Notes: generated from the sequence alone by a model not told the origin. A DNA stretch of 64,000 bases from Deltaproteobacteria bacterium (GCA_040218735.1 JAVJQW010000061.1:96001-160000); one strand, 5' to 3'; shown: positions 15,015-25,424, numbered from the stretch's first letter. Numbers and translations are program-made.

Positions 15015-17543
15015 TCAGTCGAACCGCGCGAACGCGGACAGGAACAACGGATACGCCAACTCTGACTGGTCGAAGTTCCACACCGCCCCGCCCTCGCCGC
15101 GCACCCCGAGGATCAACCTGCCGATCGGGAAACTCGCGGACGCCGTCACCCCGCCCCCCGCCGCGTACGCATACTTCGGCTCGTCCGTGAAACGCACCGA
15201 CACCGTACGTTCGTAGACCGCACCGTGTCCGAACACTCCGACGTCCCAGTATCGCGCTCCGATGAACAGGACACGGAGGTTCGCGTAGCCGGCGGTCGGC
15301 TTCGCGAAGCCAACACCGACCTGAACCCACCGGAAGAAGTCGACGAAGATCTCACCACCGAAGCCCACACCGTCGGTGGCTTGGCGTCGCGTCGTCCAGG
15401 CACCGGCGGCGACACCCAAGGAGATCGGGTTGGGGATGCGGACGAGGTTCACCGCATACTCAAAAGGCTCGCGCCCACCGGCGATGTAGTCACCGAGCGC
15501 GAAGAGACGAAGCTCTTCGAACGGGTAGTAGCCGTCTTCCTCGATGCGGACGCGCACGTGCCCACCGAGGATGTCATCGACGGTCACCTCGCCGGAGCCG
15601 ACCTCGCGGCCGTTGAGCCGAATCGCGGCGGTCGTGGGCGTGACGGTCACGTGGAGCGTGACGTGAAGGGCGGCGAGCTCCGCCTCCTTCTTCTCGGCCT
15701 GGTCCTTCTTGCGCTTCTCCTCCTTCGCGTCACGGCGACGGAGGTGTTGACGCTCGAGCTCCTCGCGCGCGCGCTTCTCGAGCTCGGACCGACTCAGCTT
15801 CCGCCCGACGAGCTCACCCATCACCTCCTCCGAGAGTGAGTGGTTCGCGCTCCGCGCGATGCCCTCGGAGAGCGAAGTGAGCACGTTCATCAGGTCGTCC
15901 TTCTTCCCGGTGACGGTGGCCGAGAAGAGGATCTCACCCGACTTCACTTCGACCATGCGCGCGTCGATCCGCAGGAGCCCCTCGCGATCCAACACGGCCC
16001 CGAGCACCACGAAGTCCGCCCGCAGCCGGTTCGCAATCTCGCGACCTTCCTGGAGGTCATCGGTCGTCGTCGAAGTGCCGGTGAAGTATTCCTTCAGGAC
16101 CTGGTCGATCTGCGCGCGCTCCACGATCCGAAACCCGAGCGTCGGCAGGTCGGTCTGCAGCGACTCTTGAATCGCCTCCACGAGCCAGGCGTCCTGGGAG
16201 GTCTCGTCGAGGTTGACGAACGGGAGAATCGCAACGCGCGCCGACTCCTCCGGGAACTCTTGTTTGAGCTCTTCGAAAAGCGCGGCGTACGTCGGGTCGG
16301 AACGAAGCGCCTTGGCGTAGAGGCGACGCGCCTCTGCCTCTTCCGTCGACAGCAACTTCCGTGCGTTGACCAGGTCGCGGATGACGGTCCGTTCGGGCAC
16401 GCGCGCCGTTCTCAGCTCTGTCACCGCGATCGCGTCGACCCAGCCGATGCTCTCCAGCAGCCCGATCAGGACCTCGCGTGCCTTGGAGAACAGATCATCC
16501 TCCGGAGCCGCGCCTGTACCGACCGCGAGGATGATCCCCGTCGAGAGATCCACGAGCCGGATGTTGAGCTCGACGGTCCCTTCCGACGCGCGACGAAACG
16601 AGCCCACCAGGAGGGAGCCCGCTCCGAGGAGCGATTCGATCTTTTCGAGCTGGTCGTTCTCACCGTCGAGAACGTACTGGAGCTGGTATTCACCGATGAC
16701 TTTCTCGAGCTGGGATCGTTCGACGATCGAGAGATCAGTGAAACGAACGAGGTCAGACGAGAGGACCTCCATCATTCCGCGCTCGACCCACTCCAACGAC
16801 GCGTCCTGCCCGACATTTTCGAAGGGCATGACACCAATCGAGCTGAGCCGGACTCCGCTGAGACGACGGAGTCGCTTCTCCTCTGGCGAGAGATCCGGCT
16901 CGTCGACGAGATCGCGGAGCGCGCGGAGATCGGGATCCGAGTCGATTCGCTCGAACCACTTCACGGCGTCATCGTCCCGACCCATTCGAAACGACGCGGA
17001 ACCCATCATGTAGAAGTACTCTCGCAGGAGCTGAAGTCGATACTTGGGCTCTCCCTGTCGTCTTAGACCCAGGTCGCGCACGGTGCGAATCGAGATTCGT
17101 TCGCCGTAGGCCAGCACGAGCTCGTACTCACCTTTTGCGATGTTCTGAACCATGTTGAGGAGCCCGACGAGGTTGTCGTAGACGCGGTAGAGCTCCGTCG
17201 CCCCCGGCTGCTCGAATGGCGCTCCCTTCCTGAAGGCGGGGGTCTGCGCATCGATGGCCTGAAGAACGGGTAGGTACGCGCGAGCGCGCTTCACCTCCTG
17301 AGCGAACACCTCGGCCGTGATGCCCTCGGGGAGTTTTCGGCGCGCGTGAAGTCGTTGAACGCGAAGAAAATAGGAGCGGTCGTAGTCGAGTTTCGTGAGA
17401 ATGGCGTCGCGAATCGCAGCGGGGGTTCGCACCCCACGAACCGCAGGCAGCGTGTCCGCGTTCTCGGTTTCGGTGGTGCTCCCCGATGTCGACGTCTGGA
17501 CGAGCGCCACGGCGAAGACCAGCGCTTGGATACTCATGGACAT
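15015..17543 (-). CDS. Secreted TPR + 2x CsgG/FlgO(TolB_N)-like + PEGA-like protein
   Basis: Signal peptide; two repeats IGVMPFEN..IVERSQLEKV and VAILPFVN..IVERAQIDQV; coiled coil; VTPTTAAIRLNG PEGA-like segment; beta-rich C-terminus. Confidence 0.7.
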   Translation of the reverse strand: MSMSIQALVFAVALVQTSTSGSTTETENADTLPAVRGVRTPAAIRDAILTKLDYDRSYFLRVQRLHARRKLPEGITAEVFAQEVKRARAYLPVLQAIDAQTPAFRKGAPFEQPGATELYRVYDNLVGLLNMVQNIAKGEYELVLAYGERISIRTVRDLGLRRQGEPKYRLQLLREYFYMMGSASFRMGRDDDAVKWFERIDSDPDLRALRDLVDEPDLSPEEKRLRRLSGVRLSSIGVMPFENVGQDASLEWVERGMMEVLSSDLVRFTDLSIVERSQLEKVIGEYQLQYVLDGENDQLEKIESLLGAGSLLVGSFRRASEGTVELNIRLVDLSTGIILAVGTGAAPEDDLFSKAREVLIGLLESIGWVDAIAVTELRTARVPERTVIRDLVNARKLLSTEEAEARRLYAKALRSDPTYAALFEELKQEFPEESARVAILPFVNLDETSQDAWLVEAIQESLQTDLPTLGFRIVERAQIDQVLKEYFTGTSTTTDDLQEGREIANRLRADFVVLGAVLDREGLLRIDARMVEVKSGEILFSATVTGKKDDLMNVLTSLSEGIARSANHSLSEEVMGELVGRKLSRSELEKRAREELERQHLRRRDAKEEKRKKDQAEKKEAELAALHVTLHVTVTPTTAAIRLNGREVGSGEVTVDDILGGHVRVRIEEDGYYPFEELRLFALGDYIAGGREPFEYAVNLVRIPNPISLGVAAGAWTTRRQATDGVGFGGEIFVDFFRWVQVGVGFAKPTAGYANLRVLFIGARYWDVGVFGHGAVYERTVSVRFTDEPKYAYAAGGGVTASASFPIGRLILGVRGEGGAVWNFDQSELAYPLFLSAFARFD

Positions 17544-17584
17544 CGTCCGAACCCCGTCGCTACCATCGCTCGGCGGTGAGTGTC

Positions 17585-20008
17585 ATGCGTCGATATGCAG
17601 TCGTGTTCTGGGTATTCGGACTCACCGGCTGCTTGGAATACTCCGCCTACGACACCAACACCTGCGTGGACGGTGTGATCGAAGTGACCGACGGGGTCCT
17701 CAACCTGGGGATCGACGAGGTGCCACGCGGGTGCTCCGAGATCGATGGCTCCGTGCTCGCAGCCGGTCGAGCGACCACGCTGGAAGCGCTGCGAGGCATC
17801 TCCATCATTCGAGGTGATCTTTCGATCATTCAGTCGGGCGTGGTCGACACCGAGCCCCTCGATTCCCTCCAACGTGTCGGCGGCAACGTCCTGGTTCGTG
17901 GAAACACGTCACTCCGGGACGTCCGATTTCAGCGACTCACCGAGGTCGGCGGAGATCTCCTCTTCCAGGACAATATCCGAGTCGCGACGATCGACGTCCC
18001 CGTCGTCGCGTCCAGCGCTACGCAGACCAGCGAGCTCGAGGTGTCCGGCAACCCCTCGTTGCGATCCCTCCGAGGGTTCGACCTCGCTCGACGCCTCGGA
18101 CGCATCGAGATCTCCGACAACGACTCCCTACTCGACGTACCCGCCTTTGCCGCGCTCGAAGAGGTCGAAGGTGGCCTCATGCTCACTGCCAACACCGCTC
18201 TGCCCGACCTCTCCGCGTTCAACGGCGTCGAGGCGATCGCCGGCGCGGTCGTCCTGACTACGATGCCCGAGTTGCGGTCCCTCGACGTCCTGGCGATGGG
18301 ACCGTCGGGCGTCGCCTTCCTGGAGATCCATGGGCTCGGCGTGCGCGCCTGTGAGACGCTCGCGCTCGAAGCACGGCTCGGACTCGTGCCGGGTGCCGTC
18401 AACCGCGACGGCGAGCGGTGTTTCGCAGAGTTCGACGAGAGCAACCCGGAGGTCGTCGCCACCCGAGCCAACTTCGATCTCACGTGGACCCTCGAAGGCG
18501 TCCCGGAGTCCTTCACGCAGCATCTCGAGTGGGGCCCGGACGATGACTTCGACAACGCGGACCTCCTGTCCGTGCCGAGCGACGTTCGGGTCGCCTCGTT
18601 CGTCGCACCTCCGGTCGACACGGACCTTCGTTTCGAGCTCGAGGTGGTCTGGAGCGGCGGGGCGCGCACGGCCGTCTGGCACCTGCGTTCCGACGAGGAC
18701 CTGGCCAGCCTCCCGCCGACGATCACCGGTCCTCGCAACCTCGTCGTCGCGGCGGGCTTCGATCCGCACTTCGAGCTCGTCGCCATGGACCCGGACGGAC
18801 CGAGCCCGGGGCCGGTGACGGTGATCGACGCACCGCTGGGCAACGTCCAGCGGGTGAGCGAAACCGGATGGGTCTACGAGGCACCGCGCGGCTTCAGGGG
18901 CCTGGACACCGCGCGCTTCGAGGTCGTGGCCGGCGATCGGTCGGCGACGCACACGCTCACGTTCGACGTCCGTGACGCCGCGCTCATCGTGTCCGACGTC
19001 GATGGGCCCGGCGTGGAGCTCTCCGACGACGCGACCTACGGCGTGTACATTCGAGGCAACGAGGTCGTCCGACGCAACATCGTGCGAGGCTCGGAGAACG
19101 TCGTCAGTGATTCGCTTCGCTTCGTCGACCCGGTTTTTCCGAGGATCGATCCGACGGCTGAGTGGGTGGTGTTCTCCGGGGACGGCGGAACGAACCGGCA
19201 GATCTTCAAGGCCAACCTGAACGGCGGAGGACCCGTCCGACTCACGCTCGCGCAGAAAGGTGAGCCCGCACCTCACGAGAGCGGCGCGGACATTCGGCTC
19301 GCACAAGAGGGAGGATCGGAGCTCGGCGTCGTGTCCCACCTCAGCCCGGACGACGGCGAGATGCAGGTCTTCAGGTTTCCCGGCGGGACGAAACGCACCC
19401 GCGGGGGCCCCTGCACCGGCGGCGCCATGCTGACCGAGACGGGGGTCCTGGTCGTCGCGTGTGCGTCCACCGCGACCTTCCTCGACGGCTCGGGCGGCAT
19501 CGCCTGGATCGGGAACGACTACTTCCGCGTCGACCAGCCCGAGTACACGTCCGTTCCGCCGCCGACGCCCGGACTCTATCCCAGCACTTCGGCCTCGGGA
19601 GATCGCATCGCGTTCGGATCGCGCTCCAACCTTCGAGTCGCGAACGACCCCGACCGACGCATGCGTGTCTACGTCAACGAGGCGGGCACGCTACTGCACC
19701 GCGAGGACGCCGGCCCGCATCTCCTCTTCGCCGACCTCGAGCACCCGCGCGACCTCGACATCTCATCCGACGGCAGCCGCCTCGGCATCCGCACGACAAC
19801 GGCCCTGACAAATGCTGACGAAGACACCACCCACGACCTCTACCTGCTGAACCTCGACAACCTCGACGCCGGCCCCGTCCTCCTCACGACCGGCACGAGC
19901 ACGAGCGTGGACCGCCCCTCCGGCGTGGACGCCTTCGCGCTCGACGCGACCGGCGAGCGCGTCCTCGTCTCCGACGGCGGCCGCCTCTTCGCGATCTCGA
20001 TCCGGTGA
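17585..20008 (+). CDS. Lipoprotein with receptor-L-like leucine-rich repeats, Ig-like region and TolB-like beta-propeller
   Basis: Start moved to ATG 17585 (MRRYAVVFWVFGLTG-C); repeats LQRVGGNVLVRGNTSL, LTEVGGDL, LEEVEGGL; ISSDGSRL and SASGDRIAF. Confidence 0.7.
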   Translation: MRRYAVVFWVFGLTGCLEYSAYDTNTCVDGVIEVTDGVLNLGIDEVPRGCSEIDGSVLAAGRATTLEALRGISIIRGDLSIIQSGVVDTEPLDSLQRVGGNVLVRGNTSLRDVRFQRLTEVGGDLLFQDNIRVATIDVPVVASSATQTSELEVSGNPSLRSLRGFDLARRLGRIEISDNDSLLDVPAFAALEEVEGGLMLTANTALPDLSAFNGVEAIAGAVVLTTMPELRSLDVLAMGPSGVAFLEIHGLGVRACETLALEARLGLVPGAVNRDGERCFAEFDESNPEVVATRANFDLTWTLEGVPESFTQHLEWGPDDDFDNADLLSVPSDVRVASFVAPPVDTDLRFELEVVWSGGARTAVWHLRSDEDLASLPPTITGPRNLVVAAGFDPHFELVAMDPDGPSPGPVTVIDAPLGNVQRVSETGWVYEAPRGFRGLDTARFEVVAGDRSATHTLTFDVRDAALIVSDVDGPGVELSDDATYGVYIRGNEVVRRNIVRGSENVVSDSLRFVDPVFPRIDPTAEWVVFSGDGGTNRQIFKANLNGGGPVRLTLAQKGEPAPHESGADIRLAQEGGSELGVVSHLSPDDGEMQVFRFPGGTKRTRGGPCTGGAMLTETGVLVVACASTATFLDGSGGIAWIGNDYFRVDQPEYTSVPPPTPGLYPSTSASGDRIAFGSRSNLRVANDPDRRMRVYVNEAGTLLHREDAGPHLLFADLEHPRDLDISSDGSRLGIRTTTALTNADEDTTHDLYLLNLDNLDAGPVLLTTGTSTSVDRPSGVDAFALDATGERVLVSDGGRLFAISIR

Positions 20009-20047
20009 CCCTTGCGCCAAGGCGCCGCCTTCGGCTTCCCTCGTAGC

Positions 20048-21787
20048 GTGCGGTCCCTGCTCCTCCTCCCCGCGCTCGCGCTCGTCGCGTGCAGCGGCGA
20101 CGACGCCCCCGACGGTCAACCGCTCCCGTACCAACTCAGCTCCCGGCCGGTGCTGCCCTTCCCCTCCGACGACGCAACGCGCTCCGCCGACACCGCGACC
20201 GGTCTGCATCTGAACATCCGCGCGCGGGGTGAGACGCTCGGCGACGTCGACGAGGCGATCTACCTGTTCGGCGACAACTTCACCGACGAGCTCGGCGCGC
20301 TCGACGGGTGGTCGACGCTCGGGCCTTCGTTTGTCTCCCTCGGCGTACCGCCGGATCCGGCGACGCTCGACGAGCACCTGTTCCTCGTCGACCTCGAACG
20401 CCGACAGAAGATCCCGCTCCGCATCCGCGCGATCACCGGGGAGACCGACTACGGCCGCGTCGTGCACTGGGCGCAGCTGAGGCCGCTCGTGCCGCTCGCC
20501 GAGGCGACGCCGCACGCGATCGTCGCAACCCGCGGGCTCGCCACCGAAGACGGCACCCCCTTCGCGCGCCCCGCGATCTTCGACGCCGTGTGGTCCGGCG
20601 ACAGCGACACCGAAGGCGAAGCCGACCGCGTCACGAACGCCGTCGCGCGACTCGACGGCGTGGACGACGCGCTCGCGGCCGTGGGGATCGAACCCGACGA
20701 CGTGCTCGTCGCCGAGCGCTACACCACCCTCTCCATCCAGGCGCACGCCGATGCGCTCATCGACGCGATGGCCCAACACCCGCCGACGTTCACCGTCACC
20801 AGCACCGCGTCCGGGGCCTCACCGATCCGCGCGCGTATCACCGCCGACTTCGACATCCCCGCGTTCCGCGAAGAGCCGGACGCACCGATCGACCTGACGA
20901 TCGAACCCCGCTTCGAGACCGTCGAGGTCCTCGTCCTCGTGCCGGAAGGCGAAGGTCCCTTCCCGGTGCTCGTCTTCCACCACGGGCTCGGCGGTGAGAA
21001 GGAGAAGATCGTCGAGTTCGCGCAAGACATCTTGCCGAATGGCGTCGCGGTCGTCGCGATCGACGCACCGCTGCACGGCGCACGCACAGAGCGCCCCGGC
21101 AACGCCGGCACGCGGTTCCTCAACGTCGTCGCGCCGACCGTCGTCGCCGACAACATGCGGCAGGCGCAGGTCGACCAGGTCTACTTCGCGGCGCACCTCG
21201 ATCGACTCGCCACGACGGACCTCCTGAAGAACGGCGAGACCGTCCTCGACGCGAGCCGGGTCATGTACCTCGGCGAGTCACTCGGTTCGATCGTCGGTGC
21301 GGCGGTCGTCGGTCTGTCGGAGCCGATCGACACCGCCGTCCTCATGGTCGGGGGCGGCACGCTGCTCGAGTTCTTCGACCAGGTGCTGTCGGGGTTCGAG
21401 TTCGATGGGTTCCCGACGCAGATGTTCACGACCGTCGCGCAGTCCGTGTTGGACCGCGGCGACCCGTCGAACTTCGCGGCGCGCTCGCTCGAGGAGGACG
21501 TGTTCCTCCTCCAGGGCATGACGGACACGGTGGTGCCGCCGGGTGCCACGGAGTCACTCGCGCGTGCGATGGGGTTGCCGATCGTCGCGCCCGCCGCGGA
21601 CGCGCCGGAGGGGATCGAAGTCATCGACGGGCCGGTCGCGGGACGCGGCTGGACGCAGTTCCCCGGTGTCGGTCACAACCTCTTCTACGAGCGGGACAAA
21701 CCCACTTGGGAACAGGCGCACGGACAGCTGAGCCACTACGTCGCGACGTGGGCCGCGACCGGTGTCGGTGAAATCAAAACGCGCTGA
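20048..21787 (+). CDS. Lipoprotein alpha/beta hydrolase (Pla-1/VolA extracellular lipase-like)
   Basis: LALVA-C lipobox; LPFPSD and DGWST N-terminal motifs; VFHHGLGG, AIDAPLHGAR, GESLG nucleophile elbow, DTVVP, GH. Confidence 0.75.
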   Translation: MRSLLLLPALALVACSGDDAPDGQPLPYQLSSRPVLPFPSDDATRSADTATGLHLNIRARGETLGDVDEAIYLFGDNFTDELGALDGWSTLGPSFVSLGVPPDPATLDEHLFLVDLERRQKIPLRIRAITGETDYGRVVHWAQLRPLVPLAEATPHAIVATRGLATEDGTPFARPAIFDAVWSGDSDTEGEADRVTNAVARLDGVDDALAAVGIEPDDVLVAERYTTLSIQAHADALIDAMAQHPPTFTVTSTASGASPIRARITADFDIPAFREEPDAPIDLTIEPRFETVEVLVLVPEGEGPFPVLVFHHGLGGEKEKIVEFAQDILPNGVAVVAIDAPLHGARTERPGNAGTRFLNVVAPTVVADNMRQAQVDQVYFAAHLDRLATTDLLKNGETVLDASRVMYLGESLGSIVGAAVVGLSEPIDTAVLMVGGGTLLEFFDQVLSGFEFDGFPTQMFTTVAQSVLDRGDPSNFAARSLEEDVFLLQGMTDTVVPPGATESLARAMGLPIVAPAADAPEGIEVIDGPVAGRGWTQFPGVGHNLFYERDKPTWEQAHGQLSHYVATWAATGVGEIKTR

Positions 21788-21794
21788 GGGTCAT

Positions 21795-21971
21795 CTACTC
21801 CTGCAGATCGTCGACGGCCTCGTCGACCGCGTCACTGACGTCCTCTGCAGCTTCGTCGACCTTCTCACCCGCCTTCTCCATCGGACCATCTCGGTCCGGG
21901 CAACCCGCCAGCGGGAGCGCGAGCGCCAGGATGAACGCCGAAGCGATCTTCTGAATGGACTTGGTCATCAT
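21795..21971 (-). CDS. Small stress-type lipoprotein
   Basis: LPLAG-C lipobox; GPMEKAGEKVDEAAED motif. Confidence 0.75.
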   Translation of the reverse strand: MMTKSIQKIASAFILALALPLAGCPDRDGPMEKAGEKVDEAAEDVSDAVDEAVDDLQE

Positions 21972-22014
21972 GCCCCCTGCTTTTGCAAGCAGGGGGCCGA
22001 CGACCAACGCGACA

Positions 22015-22602
22015 TCAAACGAGCTTCGTGTCGACCAAGTTGTCTCGGTCCGCGCGCTCCTGCCTCAGTCGCTTGCGGTACACGCCCGGCGTGACGCCCG
22101 TCCAACGCTTGAAGGCGCGACGGAAGGCACGCGGGTCGGCGTAGGCGAGGGCCTCCGCGACCGCCGGGATCGACTGCGAGCCGGCGAGGAGTTTCCGCGC
22201 GAGCTCCGCGCGGGCGTCCTGCATCAGCGACTGGAACGTCACGTTCTCGTTCTGCAGGCGCTCCTGCAGCGTACGCGGACGGATGCCGAACATCTTCGCC
22301 GTCTCGACCAGCGTCAGCGCGCGACCTTCGTCGAGCGCGGCGACCAGCTTGCTACGCACCTGGTCGGCCGACGACCGCGTGTCCGCGGTCTCGGGCTGGC
22401 GCGTCGGGATGGCCTGGATCGGCTGCGTCTGCGGCGTCGTGGTCTGCAGTGTCGACTGCGCGTGGTCCGGCTGGGCGTACGGCCCGCTCGGAAGGCTCGG
22501 CGCGACGCCGGGGGCCGCGGGGGTGACCGGCGACGAGGTCTTCTCGTCACGGTCGAGATCGGTGTGCTCCTTGTTCAGGTGCTCGAGTTCGAGGCTATTC
22601 AT
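22015..22602 (-). CDS. AraC-family HTH protein with low-complexity N-terminus
   Basis: ATG 22602 after AAGGAGAG; AKMFGIRPRTLQERL..VAEALAYADPRAFRRAFKRWTGVTPGVYR. Confidence 0.8.
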   Translation of the reverse strand: MNSLELEHLNKEHTDLDRDEKTSSPVTPAAPGVAPSLPSGPYAQPDHAQSTLQTTTPQTQPIQAIPTRQPETADTRSSADQVRSKLVAALDEGRALTLVETAKMFGIRPRTLQERLQNENVTFQSLMQDARAELARKLLAGSQSIPAVAEALAYADPRAFRRAFKRWTGVTPGVYRKRLRQERADRDNLVDTKLV

Positions 22603-22921
22603 ATCGTTGCTCTCCTTAGTGCTTGGGGGGACCTTGTAGGTGGGGCTTCTTCTTTGGCGCGCTGCACCATGGCGTGCACTCGGCTCAACCAAGGGGGACG
22701 CATTGCGATTCCAGCGATCATCGCCGTGGGTCTTGAAAGCATATGGGATGCCAGTCCGGAACCGGGCCGTAAGGGCCCGTTCATGCGGCAAACCGCGTCA
22801 GCTGTGGCCATTTGCCACGCCTCATTTTTTCTCCGAGCGCCTGTCCGCGGGGGTCACGGCCGCTTTGGCCACGCTCGGGGCATACCGCCACGCGAGGCGC
22901 CGCTGAGCGCCCCGACGCCGG

Positions 22922-22938
22922 TTGGCACGCCGCCTGCG
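22922..22938 (+). promoter_or_regulatory. Candidate sigma54 (-24/-12) promoter
   Basis: TTGGCACgccgcCTGC with GG-N10-GC spacing, just upstream of ATG 22952; the leader would be very short. Confidence 0.4.
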
Positions 22939-22951
22939 TTGGCGGGGAAGC

Positions 22952-23314
22952 ATGAATCGAATCACGTCCTGGGGGCTCGCGGCAGCGACCGTACTGTTGG
23001 GCGCGGCCTGCGCGTCCACGTCCGCCCCGAAACAACTGAAGGTCGACACGGCCGCCACCATCCGTTCCGCCGAAGCGCTCGACGCCGGTGAACAACCCGA
23101 AGCCGCGCTCCACCTCGAGCTCGCGCGCCGCGGTTACGACGACGCGCAGAAGCTGATGGAGGACGGCGACCACGCGGCCGCCACGAAGCAGCTGGAACGC
23201 GCCGAGGCCGACGCCGAGCTCGCCGTCGCGCTCGCGAAGGCCAACACCGCACGTACCGAAGCGACCCGCGAGCTCGAGCGGGTCCGTGAGCTGAAGGAGG
23301 AGATGGAGCAATGA
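22952..23314 (+). CDS. DUF4398-like lipoprotein
   Basis: LLGAA-C lipobox; AALHLELA..ERAEADAELAVALA; ATGA-coupled to the OmpA gene. Confidence 0.8.
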   Translation: MNRITSWGLAAATVLLGAACASTSAPKQLKVDTAATIRSAEALDAGEQPEAALHLELARRGYDDAQKLMEDGDHAAATKQLERAEADAELAVALAKANTARTEATRELERVRELKEEMEQ

Positions 23315-24351
23315 AAGTCCTGAAGAAGACCCTGATGGTCGGCGGCATCGCCGTCGCCGCGACCGCCTGCGCGACCGCGCACCCTTCGGTGGAGCTCACC
23401 GAAGCGCGTCGCGTCTACGACGAAGCCGAGAAGTCCCACGCGCCCGAGCTCGCGCCGGACAAGATGTTGGACGCCCGCCAGCTGATGGTGCGCGCCGAGA
23501 AGGCCCACGACGACGACCCGGGTGGCGCGAAGGAGCGGCAGCTCGCGTACCTCGCCAACCGCAAGGCAAAGGTCGCGATGGCGCACGGTGAGCGCCTCGA
23601 CGCCGAGCGCGACCGCGCGCAGGCGAAGGACATGTACGTCGACACGCAGTCGAAGATCATTCGCGACACGCGGCAGACGAATCGTCAGCTGCGCGAAGCG
23701 CACGCGGCGACGACCGAGTCGTTGATGCAAACCGAGTCGGAGCTGGCGGAGATCGATCGCGAGCTCGCGGAGAAGGACACGCTGATGAAGGCGCGGGTCG
23801 ACGAGCTCGAAGCGCGCGCCGACGAGCTGCGCTCCGAGAAGGAGACGCTGACCGAGAAGCGCGCCGACCTCGAGGCGTCACTCGCCGCGAAGGATCAGGC
23901 GCTCGAGTCCGAGCGCGAGGCCCGCGTGAACGCGGAGCAGCGCGCCGCCGATGCGTTGAAGAGCCTCGAAGAGATCGCGAAGGTGAAGTCGGAGCTCGAG
24001 GAGACCGTCATCACCCTGTCCGGTTCGGTGGTGTTCGAGTTCGGCACGGCGAAGCTGTTGCCGATCGCGAAGACGAAGCTGAAGGAGGTCGCCGCGGCGC
24101 TCGTCGCGCAGGGCGAGCACAAACGCATCGTCGTCGAGGGGCACACGGACTCGAAGGGTCCGTCCGCCTTCAACGATCGCCTCTCGCAGGACCGCGCCGC
24201 CGCGGTCCGAACGTTCCTCGTCGCCGAGGGTGTCCCGTCCAACCGGGTGGTCGCCATCGGTCGCGGTGAGTCGGAGCCGATCGCTACCAACGACACCGCC
24301 GAGGGGCGCGCCAACAATCGCCGCGTCGAGATCGTGCTGCGCGACAGCTGA
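23311..24351 (+). CDS. OmpA-family peptidoglycan-binding lipoprotein with coiled coil
   Basis: [44 protein letters not shown]. Confidence 0.92.
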   Translation: MKVLKKTLMVGGIAVAATACATAHPSVELTEARRVYDEAEKSHAPELAPDKMLDARQLMVRAEKAHDDDPGGAKERQLAYLANRKAKVAMAHGERLDAERDRAQAKDMYVDTQSKIIRDTRQTNRQLREAHAATTESLMQTESELAEIDRELAEKDTLMKARVDELEARADELRSEKETLTEKRADLEASLAAKDQALESEREARVNAEQRAADALKSLEEIAKVKSELEETVITLSGSVVFEFGTAKLLPIAKTKLKEVAAALVAQGEHKRIVVEGHTDSKGPSAFNDRLSQDRAAAVRTFLVAEGVPSNRVVAIGRGESEPIATNDTAEGRANNRRVEIVLRDS

Positions 24352-24401
24352 TCTGCGAACGCATCCCATTCACCCCTGACATAAGAGAAAGGAGAGCTCT
24401 C

Positions 24402-24581
24402 ATGCTCCGCTTTGCACTTGCCTTCTTCATCCTGGCCATCATCGCCGCCCTCTTCGGGTTCGGTGGAATCGCGGCGGGCGCCGCCGGCATCGCCAAGCTC
24501 CTGTTCTGGGGCTTCGTGATCATCGCCGCCGTCTCGCTCGTCGCGGGTTTGTTCACGGGACGAACGCCCAAGTTGTTGTGA
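24402..24581 (+). CDS. DUF1328 (YtjA-like) small membrane protein
   Basis: Not in ORF track (59 aa): [41 protein letters not shown]...; AAAGGAGAG RBS. Confidence 0.92.
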   Translation: MLRFALAFFILAIIAALFGFGGIAAGAAGIAKLLFWGFVIIAAVSLVAGLFTGRTPKLL

Positions 24582-24638
24582 CCCCGTGACGAACGACGGC
24601 TGGCGCACCGCCTACCGGCCCCCTATATTCCGGGGCCG

Positions 24639-25424
24639 GTGGGCGTCGGTTCCACAGCGCTGCTGATCGCGACGATGGCCACCGCCGCGGGTGACCTCGA
24701 AGACGGGATCACGCTGTACCAGAACAAGGATTACCGCGGCGCCCTCGCGGCCTTCGGACGGGCCGGTGCTCAAAACCAGAGCCCCCGTCGCCGCGCCCTG
24801 ATTCACGCCTACATCGGCATTCTCCAGTACCGGTTCGGCCTCACCGACGACGCCAAGAGCTCGTTCGAGGAGAGCCTGAGCCACGCGTCCATCGCGTTCC
24901 CCGACCCCTCGCAGGGCGGCGCGAAGCGCCTCTACGAGTCCCTCCTCCCCGACCCCGAGCCCGCGTCGGAGCCGAAGGTGAAGAAGAAGCGACGCAAGCG
25001 CCGGCGTCGCAAGCGGCGACCGCGGGATCCCGGAGAGGGACCCTTCCCCGAGGAGCCGGACGACGAAGACGAGGACGAGGCGTCGGGGGCGATCGGCCCC
25101 GTCGCGACGATCGCGCCGCCGCCGCCGCCGATCGACACGCGCCTGACTTCGCCGCCCACGGTTGGGACCACGCCGGATCCCGACGACACTTCGGTCCTGC
25201 CCTGGGTCGTCGCGGGCGGCGCGGGGGTCGCGGCGGTCTTCGGGACCGTGATGATCGCGGTCGGGCGCAGCAACGGCAGCGCCGCGCAAGACCCCATGAC
25301 CGACGCCCTCGAAGCCGAGCGGCTCTACGGCACACACCGCACCCAAGTGGGCGCGGGGATCGCCGGGCTGGTCGTCGCAGGCGTCGCGGGTACCGTCGCC
25401 GCGGTGCTCTTCGCCACGGAATGA
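24639..25424 (+). CDS. TPR-containing exported/membrane protein with basic, acidic and Pro-rich linker
   Basis: GITLYQNKDYRGALAAF TPR; KVKKKRRKRRRRKRR; hydrophobic C-terminal segments. Confidence 0.65.
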   Translation: MGVGSTALLIATMATAAGDLEDGITLYQNKDYRGALAAFGRAGAQNQSPRRRALIHAYIGILQYRFGLTDDAKSSFEESLSHASIAFPDPSQGGAKRLYESLLPDPEPASEPKVKKKRRKRRRRKRRPRDPGEGPFPEEPDDEDEDEASGAIGPVATIAPPPPPIDTRLTSPPTVGTTPDPDDTSVLPWVVAGGAGVAAVFGTVMIAVGRSNGSAAQDPMTDALEAERLYGTHRTQVGAGIAGLVVAGVAGTVAAVLFATE

